Of a DNA stretch of 64,000 nucleotides, positions 51,981 to 64,000 are shown piece by piece (within the stretch, counting starts at the first letter, position 1; each line of letters opens with the position of its first letter). The DNA comes from Daphnia carinata (taxonomy: Eukaryota), in NCBI RefSeq assembly GCF_022539665.2, contig NC_081333.1, positions 7,440,001-7,504,000 on the forward strand, given 5' to 3'. Below the pieces are notes generated by a model, which saw nothing but the letters and a program-made list of their open reading frames with translations, was not told the origin of the DNA and ran no database searches. Position numbers and translations under genes: made by a program.

Positions 51981-52025
51981 TTTTATACTTGTTTTTTTGC
52001 ACGAAAACTGCGTTTGTAAGAAGTT
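51981..52025 (-). promoter_or_regulatory. Type-3 (U6-like) promoter: TATA box plus candidate PSE position
   Basis: Minus strand reads ...CTTCTTACAAACGCAGTTTTCGTGCAAAAAAACAAGTATAAAAG-N23-GGAGAC. TATA spacing matches U6-type genes. The PSE sequence cannot be verified by eye. Confidence 0.55.
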
Positions 52026-52672
52026 GCGGGAGTCTGCTGCGACCTATTAAATTTAGTCTACCTATTGGGTTTAGCTGTTAGAACTTGCAAATCTTAAAGC
52101 GCTAGATCCGACAAGAAAGCAGTTAGACCGTTATAACGTTGATCAAGTCGCAAATAATATCTCGCATTAATACAACCTGTTTAACTGTCTTTATCATTGA
52201 ATTTCCCAATGCCCTGATGATTTTACTGATACAAAAAAAAATAAGATAAAGTTCGTTTTGTTTTAAAAAAGAGTGATTAATTGCCAAATATTTTCATGAA
52301 AATATTTAGCGCAAAAATGTTTAAATTGAGAATTAACTCTCTTTCGAAAAAAAAATTTCAGTAAACTTTTACTTTCACGCGAAGGGGTTTTAGTGAAGTG
52401 AAGGAAACGGTACACTTGGCATTAGAAAAAAATTCCAAAAAATAAAAAAGTCGTCATTTCTATGAGCTTTATGCGGGAGAATATTTGTAGTAAAAAGTGT
52501 TTTGATCGAAATCTGAAATCCCAAGTTTGTTCCAGCTGTCTGGACGAGGCAAAAAATGTTTTCCAACGTTGCCGTCTAACTTGGTACTTTCTGTCATTCT
52601 CAGTCTGCAATGGCGTGCATACAATCGTGTACGAATCGCGTCGGTTGGCCGAAAACTGAAATTAAAACAGAA

Positions 52673-53702
<1,030 letters not shown>

Positions 53703-54499
53703 GGAACGAGTCACAATTCGAGATTCCGACACAGTCCAAAGGCGGAGGTTCTGCAAAACGGTCTCAAAATGTTCGTGTTTTTATTTGTTGCAGTGACTTT
53801 GACGCTTATCTAAATCTGAGTATCAGAAAGAAGGTTCATTAAATTCAAAAAAATCATCCAATATGTAATTGAATTTCATCAATTTAAAAAATGCACAGAA
53901 ATGGAATCCCGTTGTTTTCAAAACAACTTAACCACATTACTCAGGTAATTTTAGAGTTAGAGACTGCATAAGGTGCAGTAGATACATTCAGAGTGTATCT
54001 AGAGTAACATTCCATGATGACCCTCTCACACCAAAATGAAAAATCGAAATACTTGACAGCACGTTCTCTGAAGAAGCAGGACAGGTCAAGCAGTAACGAG
54101 AATAGACAGGAAAAATCAACTAATCTTCGTGGACGTGGATTATCTAATAATCCTTCGACCATAATGAAGAACGTGACCGGTGCTTCGAACCATGGGAAAG
54201 AGCAGCGTGGGGGCAGGCAAAGAGGAGGAGAGAATACGAAATTTAACTCTGGTCGCTGGTAATTACATCACAACGTGACTCGTTACCCTCTCGATCCTTC
54301 ACGTCGCCCTAGCGGACTTAAAGTGGGCGGCTGGAAGGAGGGGAAGAAAATCGAATGTAACGGGAAGAAGTTAGTGAAAGGGTGATGACGAAAAGATGAA
54401 TAAAGAATCTGCCAAACCGGGAATTTCAACAAGGTAAGTGATTTTGTTTCGCTGTTGTGCCCAGTCGTGACAACTGAGGCGAACTTTATTTAAATATTC

Positions 54500-56589
54500 T
54501 CACCGGAAACAAGATATTTTTTTCCCCCTCTTTCCATCTTCTTTTCCGCTCCCAAATGGACTTTTCTATTCACAAATCCCATTTGATTTACTTTTATTCT
54601 TATTCATTTCATGGCTATTACGCAGTCTCATTTTCAACAGCCATAGCCCGTGTTTTCCCGTCCAGTCTTATGCGATTGCCGATAACAAAGGAGCCCGATT
54701 TTCTTTCCCGTGTATCGGGTAGGTCCGAAGCGACAACAGAAGCACTAGATTGGCTTTATGCTAATGTTGTTCCAGCTTTAAAATGCGTCGCGAAGAGCGC
54801 TAGATGCTGTGAGCAAGATACCAAAAAAGCCGCATAGGATCTGCACGAGCGGCGGAAGAAGCGCAACTACTGAAGCGCTGCAGCGTGCACTCACGATCAG
54901 GAGCGAGAAGAAGAATAAGAAAAGAAAAAGGGGAAAAAAAAAATGAAAGGGTGGGCGACTGAACGAAAAAAGAGAGAGCCGGTGTTCTCACGGCATTACC
55001 CTATGAATGAGTTTCCTTAATGCCTTCCTTACTTGTCCGAAACGATGGGAGCTGTTGGTCTTGACTCCTTTTTCTTATTTGATATTATTCCTTTTCTTTC
55101 CTAGCGTTTTCAAGTTGTTCTCGTCTCTACAACGACCATTGATATGGAGAGGAGATGTCGCTTAACGGCTTTTACACACATTGGCAAAGGCATGGGATAG
55201 AGGTCGGAGGCCAGGTGTCCGTTATGCCCCAATGGGGAAAAAAATGAAAGCCGATTTAGACGCCAAGCTTCGCAAGAAAGAAAAAAAAACAAAAAGAAAA
55301 ACGCTTTCACGGAAAGAACAGAGTAATATATAGATATATATATATATATAGGCTGGCGGCTGGTTCTTTTTTTTCTTTCTTGTTTATCAAAGGTTACATA
55401 CAGGGAGATTGGATTTTGTTGAATCTACCTCGTTTGGCCGTCGTCTTCTTTTGATAAAGGCTGCGATTGTTGTTGAGATGCAAAACCTGGTCGTGATCGA
55501 AAGGTTTTCATACGAACTCGACAAGAGGTAATAAGGTCTCGTTTCACCGTCCAAATATATGGAAAAGAGATTCGAAAGGCTGCAAAAAGCTGGAGAAGAA
55601 AGAAAAGAAACACAATTTCGTTTCACTGGGCTTGCCCTCTAGATTGGTAAAATGGAAATGGTGATTCGTTTTTTTCATACTCGCCTAGCTCTCTCGATCT
55701 TTACATCTATACCTGTTGCCCCCCGTTTCTACAGATCTTTTGAACTGGTCCCGCTAGCGTTCGATTTTCGTTCAACCTGTTGTAAAGCACGGCCGAACTT
55801 CTAAACGCGAAAAAAAAAAAAAAAGAGAGATATGATAAAGAATAAAAGGGAGGAAGAGAATACGATTTCAAAGTAGGACGAGAAACTTTATATCGTTGCT
55901 CTTGCCGAAAGTGGCAAATAGAGACAAAGAGACACACACGCGGAAGAACCCATTTTCAGATGAAAAGCAAAAGAAAAATAGACAAGAAACTAACTGGGCA
56001 GGAACCGCGTAGTTGTCGCACAGTTGAAGCAAAGTTTGAGGTAAGGAGTTGCGTAGGGGAGAGAGAGAGAGAGAGTAAAGACAAAGAGACAAGCCGAGAA
56101 GACTCGCTCCTGTCCAACTTTCCCTTTTGGCCACCATCATCTCTAGATGGCCGACTTTAGGCTCGTGTCCCCTCTCCCCTCCCACTCCCTCATCGTCGTG
56201 CAAACTTGAACTCTTGGCTGATGCCTAATTGCTTTGCAGCAGGTCGAGGACTGCCGCGATTTCTACGTGGTACTACTGTGTATAGAATATGTGTCTCAAT
56301 ACAGCACCCCCCAATTTTCTGTTTCATTCTCTTCTTCCATCCCTCAGTTCCCTCCCCACTCCATATCTCGGTCCATCCGCCTGACTTGGCAATCACAAAG
56401 AGAGCACGAGCGAAGTGGACGAACCTGTTCTTCCTAGCTCCTGTTGGGGTTTGGTTTCATCGTAAGATGAAATCTAACCGAATCGAGCGTGTACGCTAAT
56501 CGAACCGCACGTGATATAGCTCCCTCTTCTTAAATTCCATCTCTTTTCCCAAATTCTCTGGGAGGTCAACACACGCATCTTCTTTCTTC

Positions 56590-56621
<32 letters not shown>

Positions 56622-59600
56622 AAAAAAAAAAAAGGGAATGTCCTTATACTAGTTAAAGATTTTTACTTTTCTTTCTGCATCATCGACATATTTTTTTTCC
56701 CCCCTCCTTCTACCTTGCTTCCAAGCTCTCGGGCTATTCGCTCCCCAAAGTTTGTTCCATATATTTTCTGTTGGCTGCTGCCCTTAAGGTGGAATATATG
56801 GTGTATATGGGGCGGCGGCGGTTAGGGCAAAGGCGGCGGCGGCGACGGATGAGAGGGATTGTTAGTCTCATCCCCGGAGCGATTGAACCGCCTTCGTGCG
56901 TAATTATATTTCGCCCCAGCATGCAGACGTCAATGTCGAATACGTACGTCGATGTTACGGTAATGTGTGTAAGCTATCCGGCTAGCGTGGCAACAACGGA
57001 AAGACGCTGGCGGAAGAGGAGGTAGAAAAAAAAATATTTCGTGTTGTTGCTGTATATATACTGTATACACTGCGCCTTTTTATAGAGTGGTACACATTCA
57101 TGTGTGATGGATGTCGTCGATCTACGCCCCAAGTCGGATTCAATTGCCTTTTATTCCGATCGATGCCAATAGAGTTCCACATTTTCTTTCTTTTTTTTTT
57201 TTTTTTTTTTTTAACTTGGGCGTTCTCAAAGTTTTCAACGATCTACAACCAAGGCATTTTCCACCGCTCTCGTAGCAAAATACATAGGATGACGGCATTA
57301 GGCTTTTCGCGTGCGTGCAAGCTTAGAGTCGCGAAAAAGCATTGGAAGTATTATCTGTATATGTAATGATGAAACATCATCATCTGTCGCTCGGTCGACT
57401 TTACGTATGTGCGCAAAAGATCGGCTGTTGGATCGAAGCCGAAAATCGAGATTCCTGATTCGCGCGATCCTTCTTCTTCTTCTTCTTCTTTTTTTTTTTT
57501 TTTTTTTTTTTTCTTCTTCCGCTTTTTCTTTATGGATGAGAAGCGCAACGAAGCGCGTTGTTGGACGCTGATGAGCCGACCGGCTATCAAGGCCGAAAAA
57601 CTCGCCCAATCGTAAGAGATTCTCAGGGTAGCAAGAGTTCTGCCTGTCCCGCGTCTATATGGTAGCGCATAGACACAGAGAGAAGGATCATTAGGGCCGT
57701 TGTCTGCCAACAATCTGATTAGGTGTGTGTCGTGTGGGTTGTGGCCAAAGAAAAAAAAAGGGGGGAGGGGGGAAGCCCACCCAAACCCTATCGCTCTCTA
57801 TTCGTGCACGCCAGATGCTGCACAACAGTTCGCTCTTCTCTTTTCTCACTTGCTTCACTGAACGCAGTCAAAGACAAAGCAGATAAGACCCTCCTCCGCT
57901 TCCCTATCTGTTGGTAACAAAACAAAAAGCAACGTAGAAGAAATAAGATCATAAAGAAACTGAAAAAAAAAAGGAGGGGAGAAAGAAAGTAATCAGAATC
58001 GATAGTGGCGGCAAAATCAAATTCTGTGCTGGCGTGGCTGATGCTCGCATGCCAGCCAGGCGCGATTTAAAGTGGACGACGATGCGCGTTCTCTATCATA
58101 CAGAACAAGATCGCTTAGATATGCATCTTTTCTCTTTCTGCCGGTTGGCTCGAAAATTCGCTGCCATCAGAATGGGCCTGTTCAACTCAGCGTCACATCA
58201 AAACATCAAAGTCAGCGTTATATTTGGAGAGAAGATTGCCGCGACGCCAGCACAAAAAAAAAGAAAGAAAGAAAGAATACGAACGCAACGCACAACAAGG
58301 CGCAACGGGTCCACTTCCCGTTCTGTTGGAGTTCTCTCTGTCGCTGCTGAATCATCGCTACGGTATTGAATAGAGTGACGCCGGAAACCGATCATCGAGG
58401 TGTCGTCCAATTAAATTCAAACGGCAGACTCCACCAACTCTTTGGATGATCGCGTGAGGCGCTCGTTTGCGACGCACGCAACTCATTTTCGGCTGAAATT
58501 TTGCCGACTGTCGCAAAACGTGAACGAATTTGCCACAAAACTCGTGGCGCTCGTTAAATTAAAGGAGAGACATCGACATGTTACAAGCCTGCTGAAGAAA
58601 AAGTGTTACCCAAATAACTGGGAAATTTCGAAATGATTAACAGTCAACTATGACGCCTCACGCACGACGTAAAGCCTCAAGTTATCGAATGTTAATTCTT
58701 AAATTTTTTTTGTTTATCCCAAGTTGAAATAAATTGAAACTTTCATGCCTTTGTAGGTACATGGAAATTTCAATCTTTTTCATGCGGCAATCGCAGCAAA
58801 ATCAGAATTTTTTACGATAGAGCGCTGGTCATGCATTATTTGGCGATGGGCCAAGCCACTCTCTTTCATATCTTTTTTTTTTTTTTTCTTCCCCGTCCCA
58901 GTGGCATCAGTGCGCAGAGATGCGCGACAACACGTCTCTCTCCTAGTATAAAGGAAGCGCCTGACCATACAGAAAAAAGAGCGTCCAGCTTGTTGTGACA
59001 GGACAAGTTTTATCAGATATGGTCACGGCTTGCTCCGGCAAAACGCCTATACAGATAGACGCGTACAAAGAGAGATTGACTGACCCCCCCCCCCCCCCCG
59101 CTCTATCTGAACTCTAAAATGTAAATTTTACATTTGCACATCCCCCGCTTTTTAAAATTGGGATGAAGTTTTTGAGAAACAAGACGAAGAATCAATAAAG
59201 CTCATTCGATATCGATTGGGATGCCTCGTTTGAAATGGTTCCCTCGACAACAGGTTACCCTATATGTTCGTTCTCTCAATTATTCGTTACGTTTGTGGTG
59301 CGTACGATGAGAAAATCGAACAGGCAGCCGGTGGACTATGAGGGGTGGATGTGGAATGAAAAAGAATATTATCTAGGAAGAAAAAAAAAAAGAAAACTCG
59401 TTTGCTTCCTCCTCCCCCCTCCCTTTCAGATTTCGTTGTGCCAAAAAAGAGCTGTCGAATCGGCATTTCAATCACATACGCAATTTGCAGCCGACGTACG
59501 GTAGACTGGTAGGCGTCTAGGCTAGCACTCTAAAGGAATATGGAAGCAGAGTAACAAGTTGGAGATGGGAAGAGAAGGTTATATAGTGTGTCCTACGTAT

Positions 59601-62600
59601 AGTCTGGAGGCTGTTTGGCCAGAGAGGTCACGAAATTGATTGATAATGAGCGCGCGCCTGGAAAACATTTCGATGATGGGCAAGTGATGGGGAATCATCA
59701 ACGACGCCCGACTGCGAAAATGCTTGTGCACCTCCGCGTCCTTAGCAACCATGGGGTAATGACGCCCCATCTTTCTTCTCCCCCTTCTTCTTGGGGCTCT
59801 TCGTTCAGTTCTAGATTGGCGAGTTGATCCGTTTATAAATGAGATGCGGTGATGGCGGCGGCAGAGGCGGGAGCACGACTCCCCTTGGTTCCCTACCACT
59901 CTTTTTTCTCCTTCCGCCAAGTCGAACCGACGACCGGCTGAGAACGGACTGGTTGTACACCAAACGGCAGTCGGGGCGCCCAGCGGATGAGCTATAGTGG
60001 CTTCCTGCATCCCCATTCCATTTCGCCAGGTTCTTGGCGCGCTTGGCGGAACGAGACGATAATTGATGATTGAACTGCTGCTGCTGCTGTTGCTGCTATA
60101 AATGTTGGCCTACTACTACACCCTCCCGCTCCCCTTCTTCTTCTTCTTTATCCCTAACTTTGCTTTTCTATGTATATATCTACTAGGGCTGTGGCTGATG
60201 GAATCGACGGGTGGATGGGCGGTGACGACGTTGGATCGTCCGGAGAAAAAAAAAAAAAAAAAAAAGAGCTGGCCTTTTTTAACATAACACAGCGCAGCAA
60301 TGGGAAGCTAGTAAACATGTTTTCTCCTCGTTTCTCCCCTTATCTTTTACTCGTTCTCCTACCCCTCCTACCCCCAGCTCTTTTCCCTTTTATAGCGCGG
60401 TACCATGTATGGCCCCCCTACCCTCGTGCAAATGCTGATGTAGAAGACGTATGCGATATTCAAGCTGCGGCTAGAGAGATAAAAATAAATATCAGAGTCA
60501 AAAACAAATCTAAAAAGCTAAGCAAAAAAAAAAAAAAAAAAAAAAAAATTCACTTCGGCATGTTTCGCTCGAGAATATCATCGTTTGTTATCAGTTGCGG
60601 TTTCCTTCCCTTTCACGACCTTCTTCCTCCATCTTCCTCTCCCTTCTGTTCAATTTTCTTTTCTTTTTTTTTTTTTCCTGTCATCCTTTTTTTTTTGTTT
60701 GTTGTTGTTGTTGTGAAATATAGAAAGAAAAAGGGTGGAGTTCGTTTTCTTTTCGTTTCCTTTTCTATCCATCTATCTTTTCTTATTCTCTCTCTCTCTC
60801 TCTCTCTATTATTGTTTTTTTTCCCTTTCTGTCTATGTCTCCCCAGTTCACCATTTTCTTGATTTCTATTTTTTTTTTTTTTTTTTTTTTTCCACCCCAT
60901 CCATCGGTCTCCGTTCGTTCTTAGCTGTTTTCCCAGCTTGCGTATGTATTCACTTGTTGACAGAGGCCGCTGAACATTATCGCCTAGCTCTCAGTAATGT
61001 CTTGGATGCCGTCTGGTTGTCTTTCCTCTCTCTGCACAACAATATAAAAGAGCGACACACACACACACACACACACACGTACTTCCAAGTAAAAAAAAAA
61101 AAAAAAAAAGAAAAAGAGTAGGATGATTCTTATAATATAAGGACTGCTGTTTGTCTTGACAGAAATGTTTATGCCGGATGAGCAACGGTATACTATAAAG
61201 CTGACGCGATGACGTCGCTAACGTCCGGCCGATGGGCTGGGAATCTGTGTGTGTAGTAGCGATCGTCTTCCAACGCTATCAGTCCTTTCCAGTCCATCGA
61301 CCACCTCACCCTCCCACTGAAACTCCTTTATTTTTCCCCTTTCGTTTTCGCCTTTTTCTTTAATATCAATAGAAATCAATGCGCTGTGTGCACTCAGACG
61401 TATGCAAACACACACAAACGCACACACAAGGGGGATTCAAAAAGTCCTGTCGAGTATAGTCTAAAAGAAGGGGAAAAAAAAGGAATGGGACGCTGTAGTA
61501 GCACTGCCTGTTACTGCTACTACGACTACTATTATGCAAGCAGCAAAATAAAGAAACAAGGTTCGTTGCGTTGATGGGTCACGTTCGACTGCCCTATTTC
61601 TTTCTATTCGAGAAGGGCGAAGCCGACCGACAGCGCTTCTGTCAAAATGGGAAATCCTCTTACCTCACACAGCGGAAGAAGAATGTCGAGGAAACAGGAC
61701 ATCAAAAATTGAGGGACGTTTTATATTTTAAGAGGTGTGATGGAAGACGAGAGCGTCGGCAGATGACGGCCACGCTTCCCCTTCAAGTTTCGGGCTAGGC
61801 CTACAATGTGCGAGAGTGCAACACGCCCATCATCTGCGATCTGTTGAGTGCTCCCCCTTATTTTTTTTTTTTTTTTTTTTTTTTTACATAGAAAGATTGC
61901 TCGACAAAAACGATATTCCCAGTTTTGATGGGCGTGTATGTATACAGATATAGGCCAGCAAAACAAGTCTCTTTGCGAAAGGAAAAGTGATGTAACATAT
62001 CCAGAAGTATATAGCGATTGTTGTGTAAGAGAGCCTAAGTGGAACGGGCGCTAGTTGACGTGCGTCACTTGCAAAGAAAATCGAAAGGGACGCTGTTAGC
62101 GCTGTGTGGTGGCCATCAGCTAAAACCAACTAGGATGATTAATCGACCCACGGTAGGGAAAATAGAAAAAATAAAAATGCAAGTTACATCATCAGTGCAT
62201 AACGCGCTGAGCGCAGCGCAGAAAGGGTAAAAATCGAGTGGGGTGTTGGCAGAGCCTGTCGTAAGCCAATGTAAACACTAAAATAAATGGACGTAATACA
62301 AGCGCAGACGGACGGAATGATTTGTTCGAAATGGGACGTGCCAAAAATCTGTAGAAGAAGGGAGAGGTCAAGACCGGACTAAAAGCCATTGATATGCTGC
62401 GTGATAAAAAAAAAAAGATGATTTCTGAATCCATTATCCTGTGAGCCTTCCAGTATTTTTTTTTTTTTCTTTAACTCCCTCCCATTTGATTTTTGCAGAC
62501 AGAAGGACAAGACTGAAAGTGTGCGTCAGCAAAAAGAAAGAGCTACAATAGGATATATTTGTCATTAATGTCCGACGCAGCTGAAGGGACAAGGAAAGAC

Positions 62601-64000
62601 TTGGATGAAAAAAAAAAAAAAAAAAACTGAGGGACAGAGGATCTAACAGGATAGGGCGGGGTGTACTAACTTTCGACGCCATTTTTCTCCCATCGACGCT
62701 TATTGTCACAACGCAGCTCGACGACCTTCTATTCCCTCGTCTCTTTCTGTTTACAGGGGGTAAAAAAAAAATGATGATAAAAAAGGAAGGAAAAAAAAAA
62801 CAGAACATACAAAAAGAACGGGTGAGCGCATGCTAAAAGAGAGGAATACAAAGAAATAGAGAGACCGTTGCCAAATCGACACCCAACAGGCATTTTGGCA
62901 ACTCTTAGACGGGCCCTTATTCAACAATCTTTCCAAGTCCGTCTCAATTTTTATTCCTATCCCTTTTTCCTCTTTTTTCTTTTTTTTTTTTATTGACGTC
63001 ATCACGTACTTTCCAATTGAATTCGGTTTACTCCACAGGCTTATAAACAGCTCGAGACGCATCGACAAAGGCTTTTGCTGCGCTGGCAATACCACGAATT
63101 TTCATAGTAAGCATCTTCCGTATTTCCATCGACAATTATTTGGCAAATTCTTTTTTTTTTTTTTTTTTTTTTGTTTTTTTTTTCAAGAAGCGTTTCCTCT
63201 CCGAGAAGTTACTTTAAACGTTCCTTAAATGTTTATTTTCAAAACGATAAAAATTCTCTTGAGTTTCTCTTGGAAATAACGAACAGAAATAAGGCGGATG
63301 TAATACATGGGAAGGCTCCTATATCAATTGATTCCGCGTTTATTATTACTCTGTCGTAATGGAATAACAAGAACGAAGAAAGGGGACACCGTAGTATAAC
63401 ACTTTCAGCGATGAGAGTGTCTTCCGTGCGCACTCCGCAAAAAGACATTCCATAGATCCAGAAAAATACGAGGCATTAACACACACACACAAAAAAAAAA
63501 AAAAAGAGGAACAAGAAAACAAGGCAGAGAGCCGGATACTCTATCTGCTTAGCAAGTGGGCGAGCGTGGCGATAAGAGTCAAACAAACCGATGGTGCTAA
63601 GCGCAACGGGAGGGCACATTTTTTTTCCGATCTACCAAACTCGAGTCGGGGGTGTCGCGCAAGACTTTAAGGACTGCGTTAGTCTGATCACCGCGTTGGC
63701 TGAAAACTGTAGCTATCACCCACTTTCTTTGCTCCCCTGCTGAGGTCCTATCCTATTCATCTTATTCTTCCTCAAGTTGCTTCCGCTTCCTTCCATAGAG
63801 CTCTCGGAATCCAGCAAGAGTACAACAGATACATATTGCTTAGTGTAGTCTTTTATTGTACATGTTTTTCTTTTTTTTTTTTCTTTTTTTTATCTATAGC
63901 TTCATAACACGTAGACGTACACATGTTTCTTTATCCTATTGTCCGTGTCTGACTCTTTGATGCTCTTCCAAAAGTGCACAGCACAGCATGGGAGGAGAGA
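54500..64000. repeat. Low-complexity non-coding region (homopolymers, microsatellites), probably intronic/regulatory DNA of a large neighbouring gene
   Basis: No convincing coding exon. A strong donor CAAG|GTAAGT at 54433/54434 suggests a 5' exon followed by a long intron. Confidence 0.55.

Noticed and set aside
54014..54433. 82-aa ORF and a short ATG exon (54396-54433) before a strong donor
   Set aside because: No recognisable homology and no downstream coding exon in the window, so it cannot be called as CDS.

Overview
Eukaryotic genomic DNA with compact ~60-80 nt GT-AG introns, AT-rich spacers and many poly(A/T), (CA)n and (GA)n tracts. The style and proteins suggest a branchiopod crustacean, probably Daphnia (inference). 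Gene order: RAD51D(-), a FET-family/cabeza RNA-binding gene(+), a secreted clip-like Cys/Pro/Gln protein(-), UBE3B(+), SBDS(-), UBOX5(+), a PTB-like-domain gene with long introns(+), TAB1(-), a 9-copy 337-bp tandem array, SEH1(-), meckelin/TMEM67(+) and NUDT21(+), followed by a repeat-rich non-coding stretch. The standout observation is an unannotated ~310-nt minus-strand structured RNA gene at 51647-51956. It has a U6-like TATA box at -31, no internal T4, a terminal hairpin plus TTTT, and the sequence ACCUAACC next to its 5' helix. That sequence is the template expected for the arthropod TTAGG telomere repeat, making it a candidate Pol III telomerase RNA. Second is a 35-nt frame-shifting cassette exon flanked by two long introns in the FET gene, matching the architecture of human FUS exon 7. 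Exon boundaries and RNA folds were derived by eye and need computational confirmation.
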